A stretch of 64,000 nucleotides of DNA from Eubacteriales bacterium. Lineage in GTDB: Bacteria > Bacillota > Clostridia > Saccharofermentanales > UBA5734. The notes under the pieces are model-generated. The model saw only the letters and a list, made by a program, of their open reading frames with translations. It ran no database searches and was not told where the DNA came from. Positions 26,264 through 35,850 of the stretch are shown piece by piece (within the stretch, counting starts at the first letter, position 1; the number at the start of each line of letters is the position of its first letter). The stretch is from assembly GCA_028685755.1 (NCBI GenBank), contig JAQUDJ010000005.1, positions 47,237 through 111,236 on the forward strand, in the 5' to 3' direction. The position numbers and the translations under genes were made by a program.

Positions 26264-27164
26264 TGACCAGTATCAACAATATTTGAACCGTGTTGAAGCA
26301 GGACTTGAACTTGCTTTACCTGACGTTACTCGCGACCAGGTTGGTCGTGTTGTCGAGGCAGCACGATATAGCTTGCTAGGTGGCGGCAAACGCGTTCGCC
26401 CGATACTTCTCTTAGCGACGCTTGACTGCCTTGCAACAGCAAACAAGGGGCATCAAACGAGCATCAATGGCCTTAATTTTGCACTTGCTATCGAAATGAT
26501 TCACACCTATTCGCTGATTCATGATGATTTGCCGTGCATGGACGATGACGACTTGCGACGCGGTCGACTAACTTGCCACAAACAATTTTCGGAAGCAATT
26601 GCTGTTCTGGCAGGTGACACATTATTAAACCATGCATTTGAAACCATGTTGTCTGATCCCCTGTCCGAGACAATTGGTGGGGTGAAGGCCATGCGAATTA
26701 TTGCCCATGCGTCTGGCGCAAAGGGCATGATCGGCGGCCAAGCGCTTGACCTTGAAGCTGAGGGCCAACAGATTTCGGCTGACCAATTAAAACAGATTCA
26801 TTCACTTAAAACGGGTCAATTAATTAGCGCACCTGTTTTGGCTGCTTGTGCCCTCGCCCAAATCAATGCAGTAGACACAGCTGATTTAAGGAATTTTGCC
26901 GAAAATATCGGACTCGCTTTTCAAATCCAAGATGATATTCTTGATGTGACCGCTTCATCTGCTAAACTAGGCAAAACAATCGGTAAAGATGCCCGTGATG
27001 AAAAATCGACCTATGTATCCATATTTGGCCTAACGATGGCTAAAACCTATTTAATAGAAGCGTCCGATCGCGCTGTTGCTTCCCTTATTCGTCTCAAACA
27101 AAACGGATTTGATACTGCCTTTTTAAGTGATTTGACCCAATTTTTACTTAAAAGAGATTTTTAA
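26256..27164 (+). CDS. ispA: (2E,6E)-farnesyl diphosphate synthase (polyprenyl synthetase family)
   Basis: First and second aspartate-rich motifs are present (IHDDLPCMDDDDLRRG and FQIQDDILD). Confidence 0.85.
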   Translation: MFNDQYQQYLNRVEAGLELALPDVTRDQVGRVVEAARYSLLGGGKRVRPILLLATLDCLATANKGHQTSINGLNFALAIEMIHTYSLIHDDLPCMDDDDLRRGRLTCHKQFSEAIAVLAGDTLLNHAFETMLSDPLSETIGGVKAMRIIAHASGAKGMIGGQALDLEAEGQQISADQLKQIHSLKTGQLISAPVLAACALAQINAVDTADLRNFAENIGLAFQIQDDILDVTASSAKLGKTIGKDARDEKSTYVSIFGLTMAKTYLIEASDRAVASLIRLKQNGFDTAFLSDLTQFLLKRDF

Positions 27165-29032
27165 TGATGAAAAATGTCTTGGAATCGATTCAGACACCCG
27201 AACAAATCCAACACCTCTCAAAGGCTGAACAAAACCAATTAGCCATTGATCTGCGCGAAGTCATTATCCGACAGGTATCACTGAATGGTGGGCACTTAGC
27301 TTCCAATTTAGGCGTTATCGAATTGACGATAGCTTTATTAGCGACACATGATTTCAGAACAGATCGAATTGTTTTTGATGTTGGTCATCAAAGCTATGCT
27401 TGGAAAATATTAACTGGAAGACTCAATCAATTTGCAACATTACGCCAGAAAAATGGTTTGGCTGGGTTTCCCAAACGCAGTGAAAGTGCATACGATTTTT
27501 TTGACACAGGACACAGTAGTACATCGATTTCTGCAGCATTAGGTATGGTACGTGCCATGCGAAATGCGGGTCAATCTGGTCGTGTATTTGCCCTAATCGG
27601 GGATGGCGCGTTGACCGGAGGCATGGCCTTTGAAGCTTTAAATGATGCGGGTATGTCAGGTGCTCCGCTCGTCGTCATTTTAAACGACAACCAAATGTCG
27701 ATTAGTAAAAATGTCGGTGGCATGTCAAAACATCTTGAAAATTTACGTATTTCACGACGCTATATCCATCTGAAAACTATTGTTGAGAATATTTTGTTAC
27801 GGATTCCATGGTTTGGAGAACGCCTGCTCAAACTTTTGCAACATATCAAGCAACTCGACCGAGTTGTCTTGCGCCGCTCCGGGGTCTTGTTTGAACAACT
27901 AGGGTTTCATTATTATGGCCCAGTAGATGGTCATGATTTGACATCGCTTAATCGTCACCTCAAAAATATTAGTGAAATAAAAGGTCCCGTGCTTTTACAT
28001 GTCATGACGCAAAAAGGAAAAGGCTATTCTTTTGCTGAATCTGCACCAGACATTTATCATGGTGTTGCACCGTTTGAAGTGGAACATGGTGTATGTGCGG
28101 TCGGTGATTCATCATGCACAAATTATTCTGATATATTTGGGCAAACTGTGTTAGCAGCAGCGTTGCAACAACCAGCCATCTGCACGATTACAGCAGCAAT
28201 GACTAGTGGTACGGGACTTCAGAAATTCGCTGAATTATTACCACTGCGATTTTACGATGTTGGAATTGCTGAACAACATGCGATGACGTTGGCCGCTGGA
28301 CTAGCAGCAGGCGGGGCGCGACCTGTTCTCGCACTTTATTCAACATTTTTACAACGGGCATATGATCAATTGTTGCATGATGTCTGCCTGCAAAATCTGC
28401 CCGTTGTGTTGGGCATCGATCGCGCAGGGATTGTCGGCGAAGACGGGGAGACCCACCAAGGTATCTATGATCTCAACCTCCTATTAACATTGCCCAATAT
28501 TGAAATCATTTGTCCAGCTGATGGAGACGCATTAAAAAGTGCTATCCCCTATGCGTTGAATCAAAATCATCCTGTAGCGTTACGCTACCCACGGGGCGCT
28601 GCTCATCGTGCTAAATCACAGCTTGATCCGAATAACTTTGAACCTCAGATTGTTTGTGAAGGGCAGGATTGCACGTTAGTTGTACTCGGTACGTTACTTA
28701 ATTCCGGTATCGATACTGCCAAACAATTAAAGCAGAATCATGTGACCTGTGAGGTTATCAGTGTTCAAGCTGCTAAACCGATTGATTTAAGCCTTATTAT
28801 CGCTTCAGTTAAAAAGACCGGCTATTTGATTATTGCTGAAGAAACTGTAGCGGCAGGTGGTTTTGGAAATTCGATTTTACCTGACGTGCTCACTCAAGCA
28901 CCAACGACACGATTCAAGTTGGTTGCAATTGCCGATGAACCGTTGCATCAAGGTACACGGTCACAACTTTTACACGACCATCATTTGGACATTGATGGCC
29001 TTTGTTTGGAAGTCATGGCGCTTTTAAGCTGA
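27164..29032 (+). CDS. dxs: 1-deoxy-D-xylulose-5-phosphate synthase
   Basis: GGHLASNLGV.ELT.AL, DVGHQ.Y..KILTGR and GDGA.TGGMA.EALN, plus a transketolase-like C-terminus. 622 aa. Confidence 0.9.
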   Translation: MMKNVLESIQTPEQIQHLSKAEQNQLAIDLREVIIRQVSLNGGHLASNLGVIELTIALLATHDFRTDRIVFDVGHQSYAWKILTGRLNQFATLRQKNGLAGFPKRSESAYDFFDTGHSSTSISAALGMVRAMRNAGQSGRVFALIGDGALTGGMAFEALNDAGMSGAPLVVILNDNQMSISKNVGGMSKHLENLRISRRYIHLKTIVENILLRIPWFGERLLKLLQHIKQLDRVVLRRSGVLFEQLGFHYYGPVDGHDLTSLNRHLKNISEIKGPVLLHVMTQKGKGYSFAESAPDIYHGVAPFEVEHGVCAVGDSSCTNYSDIFGQTVLAAALQQPAICTITAAMTSGTGLQKFAELLPLRFYDVGIAEQHAMTLAAGLAAGGARPVLALYSTFLQRAYDQLLHDVCLQNLPVVLGIDRAGIVGEDGETHQGIYDLNLLLTLPNIEIICPADGDALKSAIPYALNQNHPVALRYPRGAAHRAKSQLDPNNFEPQIVCEGQDCTLVVLGTLLNSGIDTAKQLKQNHVTCEVISVQAAKPIDLSLIIASVKKTGYLIIAEETVAAGGFGNSILPDVLTQAPTTRFKLVAIADEPLHQGTRSQLLHDHHLDIDGLCLEVMALLS

Positions 29033-29046
29033 ATAATTATTCATAA

Positions 29047-29073
29047 TGTCGTATTTTGTCGACTTTTGTCGCA
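29047..29073 (+). promoter_or_regulatory. three tandem 0A-box-like direct repeats (TGTCGTA, TGTCGAC, TGTCGCA) at exact 10-bp phasing
   Basis: Read directly at 29047, 29057 and 29067. Same orientation and architecture as the array at 2530. Confidence 0.5.
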
Positions 29074-29119
29074 CGAATTCATTACCGTTTTGCAAACCTT
29101 TCGAGTAAAATACAGGTAG

Positions 29120-29133
29120 GCTGTTAAAATATA
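29120..29133 (+). promoter_or_regulatory. putative extended -10 element (TGtTAAAAT) for nadK-argR-recN
   Basis: GCTGTTAAAATATA; the near-identical GCTGTTAAAAGATA occurs at 2592-2605. No recognisable -35 hexamer. It lies 40 nt before the nadK ATG. Confidence 0.4.
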
Positions 29134-29169
29134 GCTCGGTATAAATCAGACCCGCTTGGCGGAGGATGC

Positions 29170-30030
29170 ATGAGAATTGGTATATATACAAATCCTGAAC
29201 GTGATCAAGGTTGTGTTGTATCCCGCCACTTAGCACAGTTAATCTTACAGCATGGAGCAATTCCAGTTGTTGATGAGAAGTGTTTAGGCGTATCGTTTTC
29301 CGATATTGTTGGTGTCGAAATTGACAATTATTCTTCAAGCGATATTTTGATGACTCTCGGTGGTGACGGAACATTTTTGAGTGCAGTTCATTTATCTGGC
29401 TGTCAAGATATTCCGATCGTTGGTGTTAATTTAGGCAGTGTTGGCTTTCTTCAGGAAATATTACCGGAACAACTTGAAAATGCCGTAATTCGATTAATTG
29501 CGAGTGATTATTATATTGAACGTCGCATGATGCTTTCGGTTAGTTGTTATGATCCAACAGGGCAACATATTGAAACGAATCTCTCGATGAATGATGCAGT
29601 AGTTTCTCGGGGCGGTAGTTCGCGCATATTAACACTTGATTTAACCATTGACGGCGTCGTGCTCGAGCGTGTACCAGGCGATGGCATGATCATGTCGACA
29701 CCGACAGGCTCAACTGCCTATGCTTTAGCTGCAGGCGGACCAATCGTCCATCCACAACTCGAAATCATGATGATTACACCTATCTGCCCCCATACACTCC
29801 ATAATCGAAGCTATTTAGCATCAAAGACGAGCGAAATTGTTGTTGAAATTGTTGACTATCCACATCAAGCGTTGTTGGCGATTGATGGTCGCCGGGATAT
29901 CTATTTAACTAGTGGAAGTCGGGTTGTCGTCCATCAGGCGGATCGCTATTTGCAACTAATTCGCTTAGGTCCAGACAATTTCTTTGCTGATTTGCCGCAG
30001 AAAATCCATATGAGAGGCAAAGCACGATGA
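29170..30030 (+). CDS. nadK: NAD kinase
   Basis: GGDGT.L, NLG..GFL and STPTGSTAY.L.AGGP...P motifs. GGAGG SD. Confidence 0.9.
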   Translation: MRIGIYTNPERDQGCVVSRHLAQLILQHGAIPVVDEKCLGVSFSDIVGVEIDNYSSSDILMTLGGDGTFLSAVHLSGCQDIPIVGVNLGSVGFLQEILPEQLENAVIRLIASDYYIERRMMLSVSCYDPTGQHIETNLSMNDAVVSRGGSSRILTLDLTIDGVVLERVPGDGMIMSTPTGSTAYALAAGGPIVHPQLEIMMITPICPHTLHNRSYLASKTSEIVVEIVDYPHQALLAIDGRRDIYLTSGSRVVVHQADRYLQLIRLGPDNFFADLPQKIHMRGKAR

Positions 30031-30515
30031 GGACTGAAAAAATTGAAAGACAAAGCAAAATGCTTCAACTCCTAAGAGAAACAGAGATTGCGACGCAAGA
30101 CGACCTTGTCCTGGGGATGAGAAAAGCAAAATATGATGTCACTCAAGCAACAATCTCAAGAGATATTAAAGAATTAGGAATAGTTAAAGTCATGACTCCA
30201 TCCGGTCATCAGAAGTATGTCTCAATGGAACGAACAGGAGAGGCGATTTCTGGGCGATTAATGAAGATATATGCTGAATCCGTTTTAACTGTCGAACCTG
30301 CGATGAATCTGATTGTTATCAAAACGATGCCGGGAATGGCACAGGCATGTGCTTCAGCTTTGGATTCTATGCGACTTTCTGATTTGGTTGGCACCCTAGC
30401 AGGTGACGATACCGTTTTTATTGCGACACGATCAATTGAACTTGCTGAAACGATGGCGGATGTTCTCACTCGCTTGATTTCGCCTAATTTTAACAGTTCC
30501 ATCACAATAGATTAA
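30027..30515 (+). CDS. argR: arginine repressor
   Basis: Winged-helix N-terminus (TQATISRDIKELG..K) and C-terminal oligomerisation/arginine-binding domain (GT.AGDDT.F). ATGA overlap with nadK. Confidence 0.85.
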   Translation: MRTEKIERQSKMLQLLRETEIATQDDLVLGMRKAKYDVTQATISRDIKELGIVKVMTPSGHQKYVSMERTGEAISGRLMKIYAESVLTVEPAMNLIVIKTMPGMAQACASALDSMRLSDLVGTLAGDDTVFIATRSIELAETMADVLTRLISPNFNSSITID

Positions 30516-30551
30516 ATAACCATTCATGAATTGCTTGAGCGAGGTTATATA

Positions 30552-32285
30552 ATGCTCAGTCGCGTTGAAATTCAAGATTTTGCTTTAATTGAACACGCTG
30601 TTCTCGAACCGAGACAGGGCTTATTTGTGATCAGTGGTGAAACTGGAGCCGGTAAATCGATTTTAATTGATGCGATCAGCGCATTAACCGGTGAGCGAAT
30701 CGGCAAAGATTATGTTCGTCGCAATAGTCAACGATTCCGCGTTGAAGCCGTATTTGAACATGTTGAATCTAAATTGTCTGATGAACTGATTGAATTATTA
30801 GGCGTTGATTTTGAGGCTGATCCAGATGCGTTGCAAGAAATAATTTTATCGCGTGAGGTTAATGCGCTTGGCAAATCAAGTTGTCGAATCAATAGTCGTT
30901 TAGTGCCCCTATCTGTCCTTAAACAATTGGTGACACAATTGATTGATATTCATGGTCAAAATGATCAACAAGGGATTTTTGATCCGCAAAATCATCGACG
31001 CTTACTTGATCGATTTGGTGGTAATGAAATCAATCAAGCTTATTTGGCTTATGTCCATATCGCGGATCAACTCAAACAAATCCAAAATGATTTAAATGTA
31101 CTTGGGTCAGATCCTGCCGAACGTGAAAGACAACTTGATTTACTCAAATATCAAATCAAGGAAATTGAATACGTTGACCTAAAAACAAACGAGGAACAAT
31201 CCCTTAACGAACGACAGAAATATTTAGCAAATCGCGATAAAATCATTCAAGCAGCGGGTCAGACGTTTGCTGAATTAATTGGCGCTGATGAACAAACCAT
31301 CGATGAGCGTCTTTCACGCTTGTTGCAAGGTTTAGACAGCTCTGCACGAGCATCTAATCAGGTATCACTTGCTAAGGACAAAATGAGTCAAGCCCGCGAT
31401 TTGCTCAGTGAAGCCGCAGACCATTTGCAAGCAATCATAGACGATGACCAAGACGATCCTGGCGAATTACAGCGCATTGAAAAGCGACTTGACTTGATTT
31501 ATCGACTCAAGAAAAAATATGGAGGCAACATCGATCAGGTCCTCGTATTTTTGGAGCAGGCGCGTTTGCAACTGGTTGAACTATCTGATGGTGAAGCCAA
31601 ATTTTCTCGATTAAATGAGCAAAAAGCACACCTTTCTGTCGAACTAAACAAAGTGGGTGAACTACTTGGGGAAATCCGCCGAAAATATGCGCTAAAAATA
31701 GAAGTAGAAATCGGTAATCAACTTGAAGATCTTGGGATGAAAGGCGTTCGCTTTGCCGTTTCGATCGTTAGCGCGAAATGGATGGATGGAACAATTCCAA
31801 AATCTGGTTTAGACAAGATTGAATTTATGATCTCGGCTAACCCTGGTGAACCACTCAAACCGCTTGCTCGTATTGCCTCAGGCGGTGAAGCTTCTCGGGT
31901 CCTTTTAGCAATCAAAACGATCCTTGCACGAGCAGACGAAACACCTGTCTTAATATTTGATGAAATCGATACAGGTGTCAGTGGCACAACAGCTAGTCGT
32001 GTTGCCGAAAAATTGGACCAAATCGCGCGACATCATCAAGTGTTCTGCATTACTCATATGGCGCAAATTGCAGCAATGGCCGATCAACATGTGCTGATCG
32101 AGAAACAGATGTCACAGGATAAAACGTGGACTGAATTGACTGAATTGAATCGCGAATCGCGTATCTCAGAAATGATGCGTTTGCTTTCTGGCGGCAGTGG
32201 CGATGACAAGGCTCGGCAATTGGCAATCCATCTATTGGATGCATCACTTGAGATTAAACAACATCATCAGTTCGCAAAAGCGTAA
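30552..32285 (+). CDS. recN: DNA repair protein RecN
   Basis: N-terminal Walker A (SGETGAGKSILIDAI), long coiled coil, and C-terminal SGGE.SR..LA plus LIFDEIDTG.SG. Confidence 0.9.
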   Translation: MLSRVEIQDFALIEHAVLEPRQGLFVISGETGAGKSILIDAISALTGERIGKDYVRRNSQRFRVEAVFEHVESKLSDELIELLGVDFEADPDALQEIILSREVNALGKSSCRINSRLVPLSVLKQLVTQLIDIHGQNDQQGIFDPQNHRRLLDRFGGNEINQAYLAYVHIADQLKQIQNDLNVLGSDPAERERQLDLLKYQIKEIEYVDLKTNEEQSLNERQKYLANRDKIIQAAGQTFAELIGADEQTIDERLSRLLQGLDSSARASNQVSLAKDKMSQARDLLSEAADHLQAIIDDDQDDPGELQRIEKRLDLIYRLKKKYGGNIDQVLVFLEQARLQLVELSDGEAKFSRLNEQKAHLSVELNKVGELLGEIRRKYALKIEVEIGNQLEDLGMKGVRFAVSIVSAKWMDGTIPKSGLDKIEFMISANPGEPLKPLARIASGGEASRVLLAIKTILARADETPVLIFDEIDTGVSGTTASRVAEKLDQIARHHQVFCITHMAQIAAMADQHVLIEKQMSQDKTWTELTELNRESRISEMMRLLSGGSGDDKARQLAIHLLDASLEIKQHHQFAKA

Positions 32286-33147
32286 TCAACCCTCTTAGAT
32301 CTTGGGGTAAAGGCGCGTGGACACTAATAAGTTGCTGCGAAATTGGGTGCATAAATTGTAAATAAATCGCATGGAGTGCCTGGCGTTTTAAAATTAGATC
32401 GTATTTATCTGCCGTGTCATCAGGTTGTCCATACAACGTATCGCCGACCAGTGGATGACCAATCGTCTGACAATGGACTCTAATCTGATGAGTTCTGCCC
32501 GTTAATAGTTCGAATTTAACAGCTGAAATGTCAGAATATTTAAAATAGTGCTGGACTCGATAAGTTGTTTGAGCGAAAGCACCTTCCGGTGAAACCATTC
32601 GTTTGATGATGCTGTTTGGATCTCTGGCAATCGGTGCATCTATTAAGCCTTGATCAGCCGGCATTTGACCGTGGACAAGCGCCCAGTATTGTTTTTTCAT
32701 TTTCTGACTTGTTATGACATGATGAGCATGGCCGTTTTTGGCTATTAAAACCAAGCCAGACGTGTCGCGATCAAGACGTGAAACTGGATGCAAGGGTAAG
32801 TCAGACAATAGATCAGTTATCGTCCCTGATTCATGATTGAAGGTCGGATGAACAACTATACCGGCAGGTTTATTGATTATCGCTAACCATTCATCTTGAT
32901 AAATAAAGGGTAAACTGGGGACATTTCTTAAAGGGTTTTGATCTAGACGTTGATTTAATGTGCGAGCAATAAGTTGGTCGCCTGTTTCGACAGGATCAAT
33001 CATACGCCAGTGTTTTCCGTTTTTTAGGAGTTCACCATAAAGTCGGATTTTTTTGGCTAATAGGCGAGACATGCCTGTGCGAGAGGTCAGAACATCAACT
33101 GCTCGGACCCCGTGATCTTTCTCAGTTACCCAATAAATAATCTCCAT
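32254..33147 (-). CDS. RluA-family pseudouridine synthase with N-terminal S4-like domain
   Basis: HPVSRLDRDTSGLVLIAK (catalytic Asp motif), Y.ALV.G and GRTHQIRVH. Its 3' end overlaps the recN 3' end (convergent). Confidence 0.85.
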   Translation of the reverse strand: MEIIYWVTEKDHGVRAVDVLTSRTGMSRLLAKKIRLYGELLKNGKHWRMIDPVETGDQLIARTLNQRLDQNPLRNVPSLPFIYQDEWLAIINKPAGIVVHPTFNHESGTITDLLSDLPLHPVSRLDRDTSGLVLIAKNGHAHHVITSQKMKKQYWALVHGQMPADQGLIDAPIARDPNSIIKRMVSPEGAFAQTTYRVQHYFKYSDISAVKFELLTGRTHQIRVHCQTIGHPLVGDTLYGQPDDTADKYDLILKRQALHAIYLQFMHPISQQLISVHAPLPQDLRGLITLLRTDDVV

Positions 33148-33263
33148 GTTGAAGCATTATAGCTTGAAAACAGTTCGGAAGTGTTTCATAAGTGCATATT
33201 TTTCAACAAAGGATGCCGTAAAACGCTCAAACAGTGATATATTTGTGCGATTTTACAATTTTA

Positions 33264-33293
33264 TTGACAACAAGAACGCGCTTTTAATAGAAT
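33264..33293 (+). promoter_or_regulatory. putative promoter of rny
   Basis: TTGACA, 18-nt spacer, TAGAAT. A 7-bp hairpin (ATGCGAT/ATCGCAT) follows at the predicted 5' end. Confidence 0.5.
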
Positions 33294-33352
33294 ATATGCG
33301 ATGCTTATATCGCATTCGCGTCATTCATATTATGTAACTTGAAAAATAAATA

Positions 33353-34930
33353 TTGGAGGTGATTGCCATTAATTGGCTAAACTTATTCCTTGGCCTCGTT
33401 GTCGGCGGCATTCTTGCAGCAGTCGTAACGGTCGCATTCTACAGTAAAGGGTTTTCTAAAAAATCCGTTGAGCTCAAATCTGCAGCTGATAAAGCTGATG
33501 CAGATGCAGCAAAATTACTTGGAGAAGCACAAAAGGCAGGGGAAAATCGTAAAAGAGAATTACTATTACAAGCTAAAGAAGAAATTCACAAGACTCGTCT
33601 TGAATTTGAAAAAGATGTCCGTGAAAAAAAGACTGAATTACAACGTGAACGTAGCCGCCTTGATCAAAAAGAAGAGTCACTCGATCGTAAGATTGAAACA
33701 TTAGAACAAAAAGAAGATGCCCTCGATGTCCGAGTCAGCGATGTCTTGGCTCTCGAAGAAAAAGCACGTGATGTTGAACGACAAAAAATTATTGAGCTTG
33801 AACGCATTTCCAGTTTAACTGTCGACGAAGCCAAGACTTTAGTGCTCGACGAAGCTAGATTGGCTTACCGACATGATATGGCTGTGATGCTCCGTCAAAT
33901 GGAAGAAACAGCTAAAGAAGAAGCGGATCGCAAAGCTAAAGAAATTATTGTTACATCAATTCAGCGCTACGCTGCTGATTTTGTTTCAGAATCGACAGTA
34001 TCTGTCGTAACGTTGCCTAGTGATGAAATGAAGGGTCGAATCATCGGTCGTGAAGGTCGCAACATTCGAGCCATCGAAACGATGACTGGGGTTGATCTGA
34101 TCATTGATGACACGCCAGAAGCGGTTATCTTATCCAGCTTTGACCCGATCCGACGCGAAATTGCCCGGATTGCGATTGAAAAGCTGATTGTTGATGGTCG
34201 TATTCATCCGGCACGAATTGAAGAAATGGTCGATAAAGCGCGCAAAGAAGTTGACGCGACGATCAAATCCGAAGGTGAACGGACTGTATTCGAAACTGGC
34301 ATGATAGGGATACACCCAGAAATCATTAAATTGCTCGGTCGTCTACGTTATCGGACCAGCTATGGCCAAAACGTCCTTCAGCACTCTGTCGAAGTTTGTT
34401 GGATGGCCGGGATGATGGCTGCTGAACTAGGATTGGATGTCATGATGGCTAAACGAGCCGGATTGCTCCATGATATTGGCAAGGCTGCTGATTTCGAGAT
34501 GGAAGGCTCCCACATCACACTCGGAGCCGAAATTGCTAAAAAATACAAAGAAGGCCCAGAAGTCATCAACGCCATTATGTCTCATCATGGCGAAGTCGAA
34601 CCCGATTCGATGATTTCTGTCCTGGTCGCTGCATCTGATGCGATATCAGCAGCACGTCCAGGCGCCCGCCGTGAAAACCTCGAAAACTATGTCAAACGGA
34701 TTCAAAAACTTGAAGAAATTGCGAATTCGTTTGAAGGCGTAGAAAAATCATTTGCTATCCAAGCCGGTCGTGAAGTCCGCGTGCTGGTTAGCCCGGAAAA
34801 TGTTAAAGATGATGATATGATCTTGAAAGCTCGCGAAATCTGCAAGAAGATTGAAGAAGAGCTCGATTATCCTGGTCAAATCAAAGTGCACATTATCCGC
34901 GAATCACGAGTCACTGAATACGCTAAATAA
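33353..34930 (+). CDS. rny: ribonuclease Y
   Basis: N-terminal TM helix, coiled coil, KH domain ([16 protein letters not shown]) and HD domain (LLHDIGKA...H). The start codon is ambiguous because the only SD (GGAGG 33355-59) lies inside the called ORF. Candidates are TTG 33353, GTG 33359 and ATT 33362/33368. Confidence 0.9.
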   Translation: MEVIAINWLNLFLGLVVGGILAAVVTVAFYSKGFSKKSVELKSAADKADADAAKLLGEAQKAGENRKRELLLQAKEEIHKTRLEFEKDVREKKTELQRERSRLDQKEESLDRKIETLEQKEDALDVRVSDVLALEEKARDVERQKIIELERISSLTVDEAKTLVLDEARLAYRHDMAVMLRQMEETAKEEADRKAKEIIVTSIQRYAADFVSESTVSVVTLPSDEMKGRIIGREGRNIRAIETMTGVDLIIDDTPEAVILSSFDPIRREIARIAIEKLIVDGRIHPARIEEMVDKARKEVDATIKSEGERTVFETGMIGIHPEIIKLLGRLRYRTSYGQNVLQHSVEVCWMAGMMAAELGLDVMMAKRAGLLHDIGKAADFEMEGSHITLGAEIAKKYKEGPEVINAIMSHHGEVEPDSMISVLVAASDAISAARPGARRENLENYVKRIQKLEEIANSFEGVEKSFAIQAGREVRVLVSPENVKDDDMILKAREICKKIEEELDYPGQIKVHIIRESRVTEYAK

Positions 34931-34986
34931 ATCGAGTATGTCATGACACCCTAACTACATCAATATTTCAATGATGAAAAGCGTTG

Positions 34987-35013
34987 AAGCGCCCCGCAAG
35001 GGGCGCTTTTCGT
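34987..35013 (+). terminator. intrinsic terminator after rny
   Basis: AAGCGCCCC-GCAA-GGGGCGCTT hairpin followed by TTCGTTT. Confidence 0.8.
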
Positions 35014-35067
35014 TTCTAAATGGCCAAAATTCAGCTATAATGGTTTGGTGATCGGGGGAAAGTAATT

Positions 35068-35850
35068 TTGCATATTCTGATGATCGGTGACGTTGTTGGT
35101 TCAACAGGCCGTCGCCTTCTCAAAGATAAACTACCAAACTTAAAAAAAATTCATCAAATCGACCTCTGTATAGCAAATGGTGAGAATGCGGCTGCCGGCC
35201 TTGGTTTAACACCCCGATTGGCGCAGGAAATCAACGAGATGGGTGTCGATTTAATTACACTTGGCAATCATACGTGGTCAAAACGCGAGCTCGTCGAACG
35301 GATTGATTTGCTAAATACCGTCATTCGCCCTGCTAATGGACCTGCTGAATGGCCGGGGGTCGGTTGGCGTTCGTTCAAAACACCGCAGGGGTTAGTTGTG
35401 GTTATCAATCTACTTGGCCGTATTTTCATGGAGCCCCTTGATTGTCCTTTTCGAACAGCCGATCAAATTATCGAACATGTGAAAACAGAATTAGCGCCTG
35501 TTGCGATTTTTGTTGATTTTCACGCCGAAGCAACTGCTGAAAAAATGGCAATGGGATACTATCTGAATGGTCGCGTGGCAATGGTCGCCGGAACGCATAC
35601 GCATGTCCAAACCGCTGACGAACAGATCCTAAATCGTGGCACCGCTTATATTACGGATGTCGGTATGACCGGACCGATTCACGGCATTATCGGGATGAAC
35701 CCAGAGTCTTCCTTGCATCGCTTCATCAACCATATGCCTGCGCCATATGAAGCTGCAACTGGCCTTGGTCAACTTTCAGCCGTTGTGGTATCGGTCGATT
35801 CACAAACAGGCAAAGCTCAGACTATCAACCGGATATCGATTAAAGAATGA
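35068..35850 (+). CDS. ymdB: YmdB-type metallophosphoesterase (TIGR00282 family)
   Basis: (M)HILMIGDVVG..GR, ANGENAA.G.G, LGNH.W, DFHAEATAEK and GTHTHVQTAD. TTG start. Conserved position after rny. Confidence 0.85.
   Translation: MHILMIGDVVGSTGRRLLKDKLPNLKKIHQIDLCIANGENAAAGLGLTPRLAQEINEMGVDLITLGNHTWSKRELVERIDLLNTVIRPANGPAEWPGVGWRSFKTPQGLVVVINLLGRIFMEPLDCPFRTADQIIEHVKTELAPVAIFVDFHAEATAEKMAMGYYLNGRVAMVAGTHTHVQTADEQILNRGTAYITDVGMTGPIHGIIGMNPESSLHRFINHMPAPYEAATGLGQLSAVVVSVDSQTGKAQTINRISIKE

Noticed and set aside
30526-30535. 10-bp palindrome ATTCATGAAT between argR and recN, as a possible LexA or ArgR operator for recN.
   Set aside because: It does not match the Bacillota LexA (Cheo) box GAAC-N4-GTTC. 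Ten-bp palindromes are expected dozens of times in 64 kb, and the half-site order is inverted relative to an ARG box.
33146-33337. 63-aa ORF filling the rluA/rny divergent spacer.
   Set aside because: It has no SD and spans the predicted rny promoter and 5' UTR. It is AT-rich with no recognisable protein features.
33313-33340. dif-like sequence: ATATTATGTAA matches the XerD-arm side of Bacillota dif sites.
   Set aside because: The putative XerC arm matches only about 4 of 11 positions of the B. subtilis site as I recall it. The segment is AT-rich promoter/5'-UTR sequence of rny, so a half-site match is not enough.
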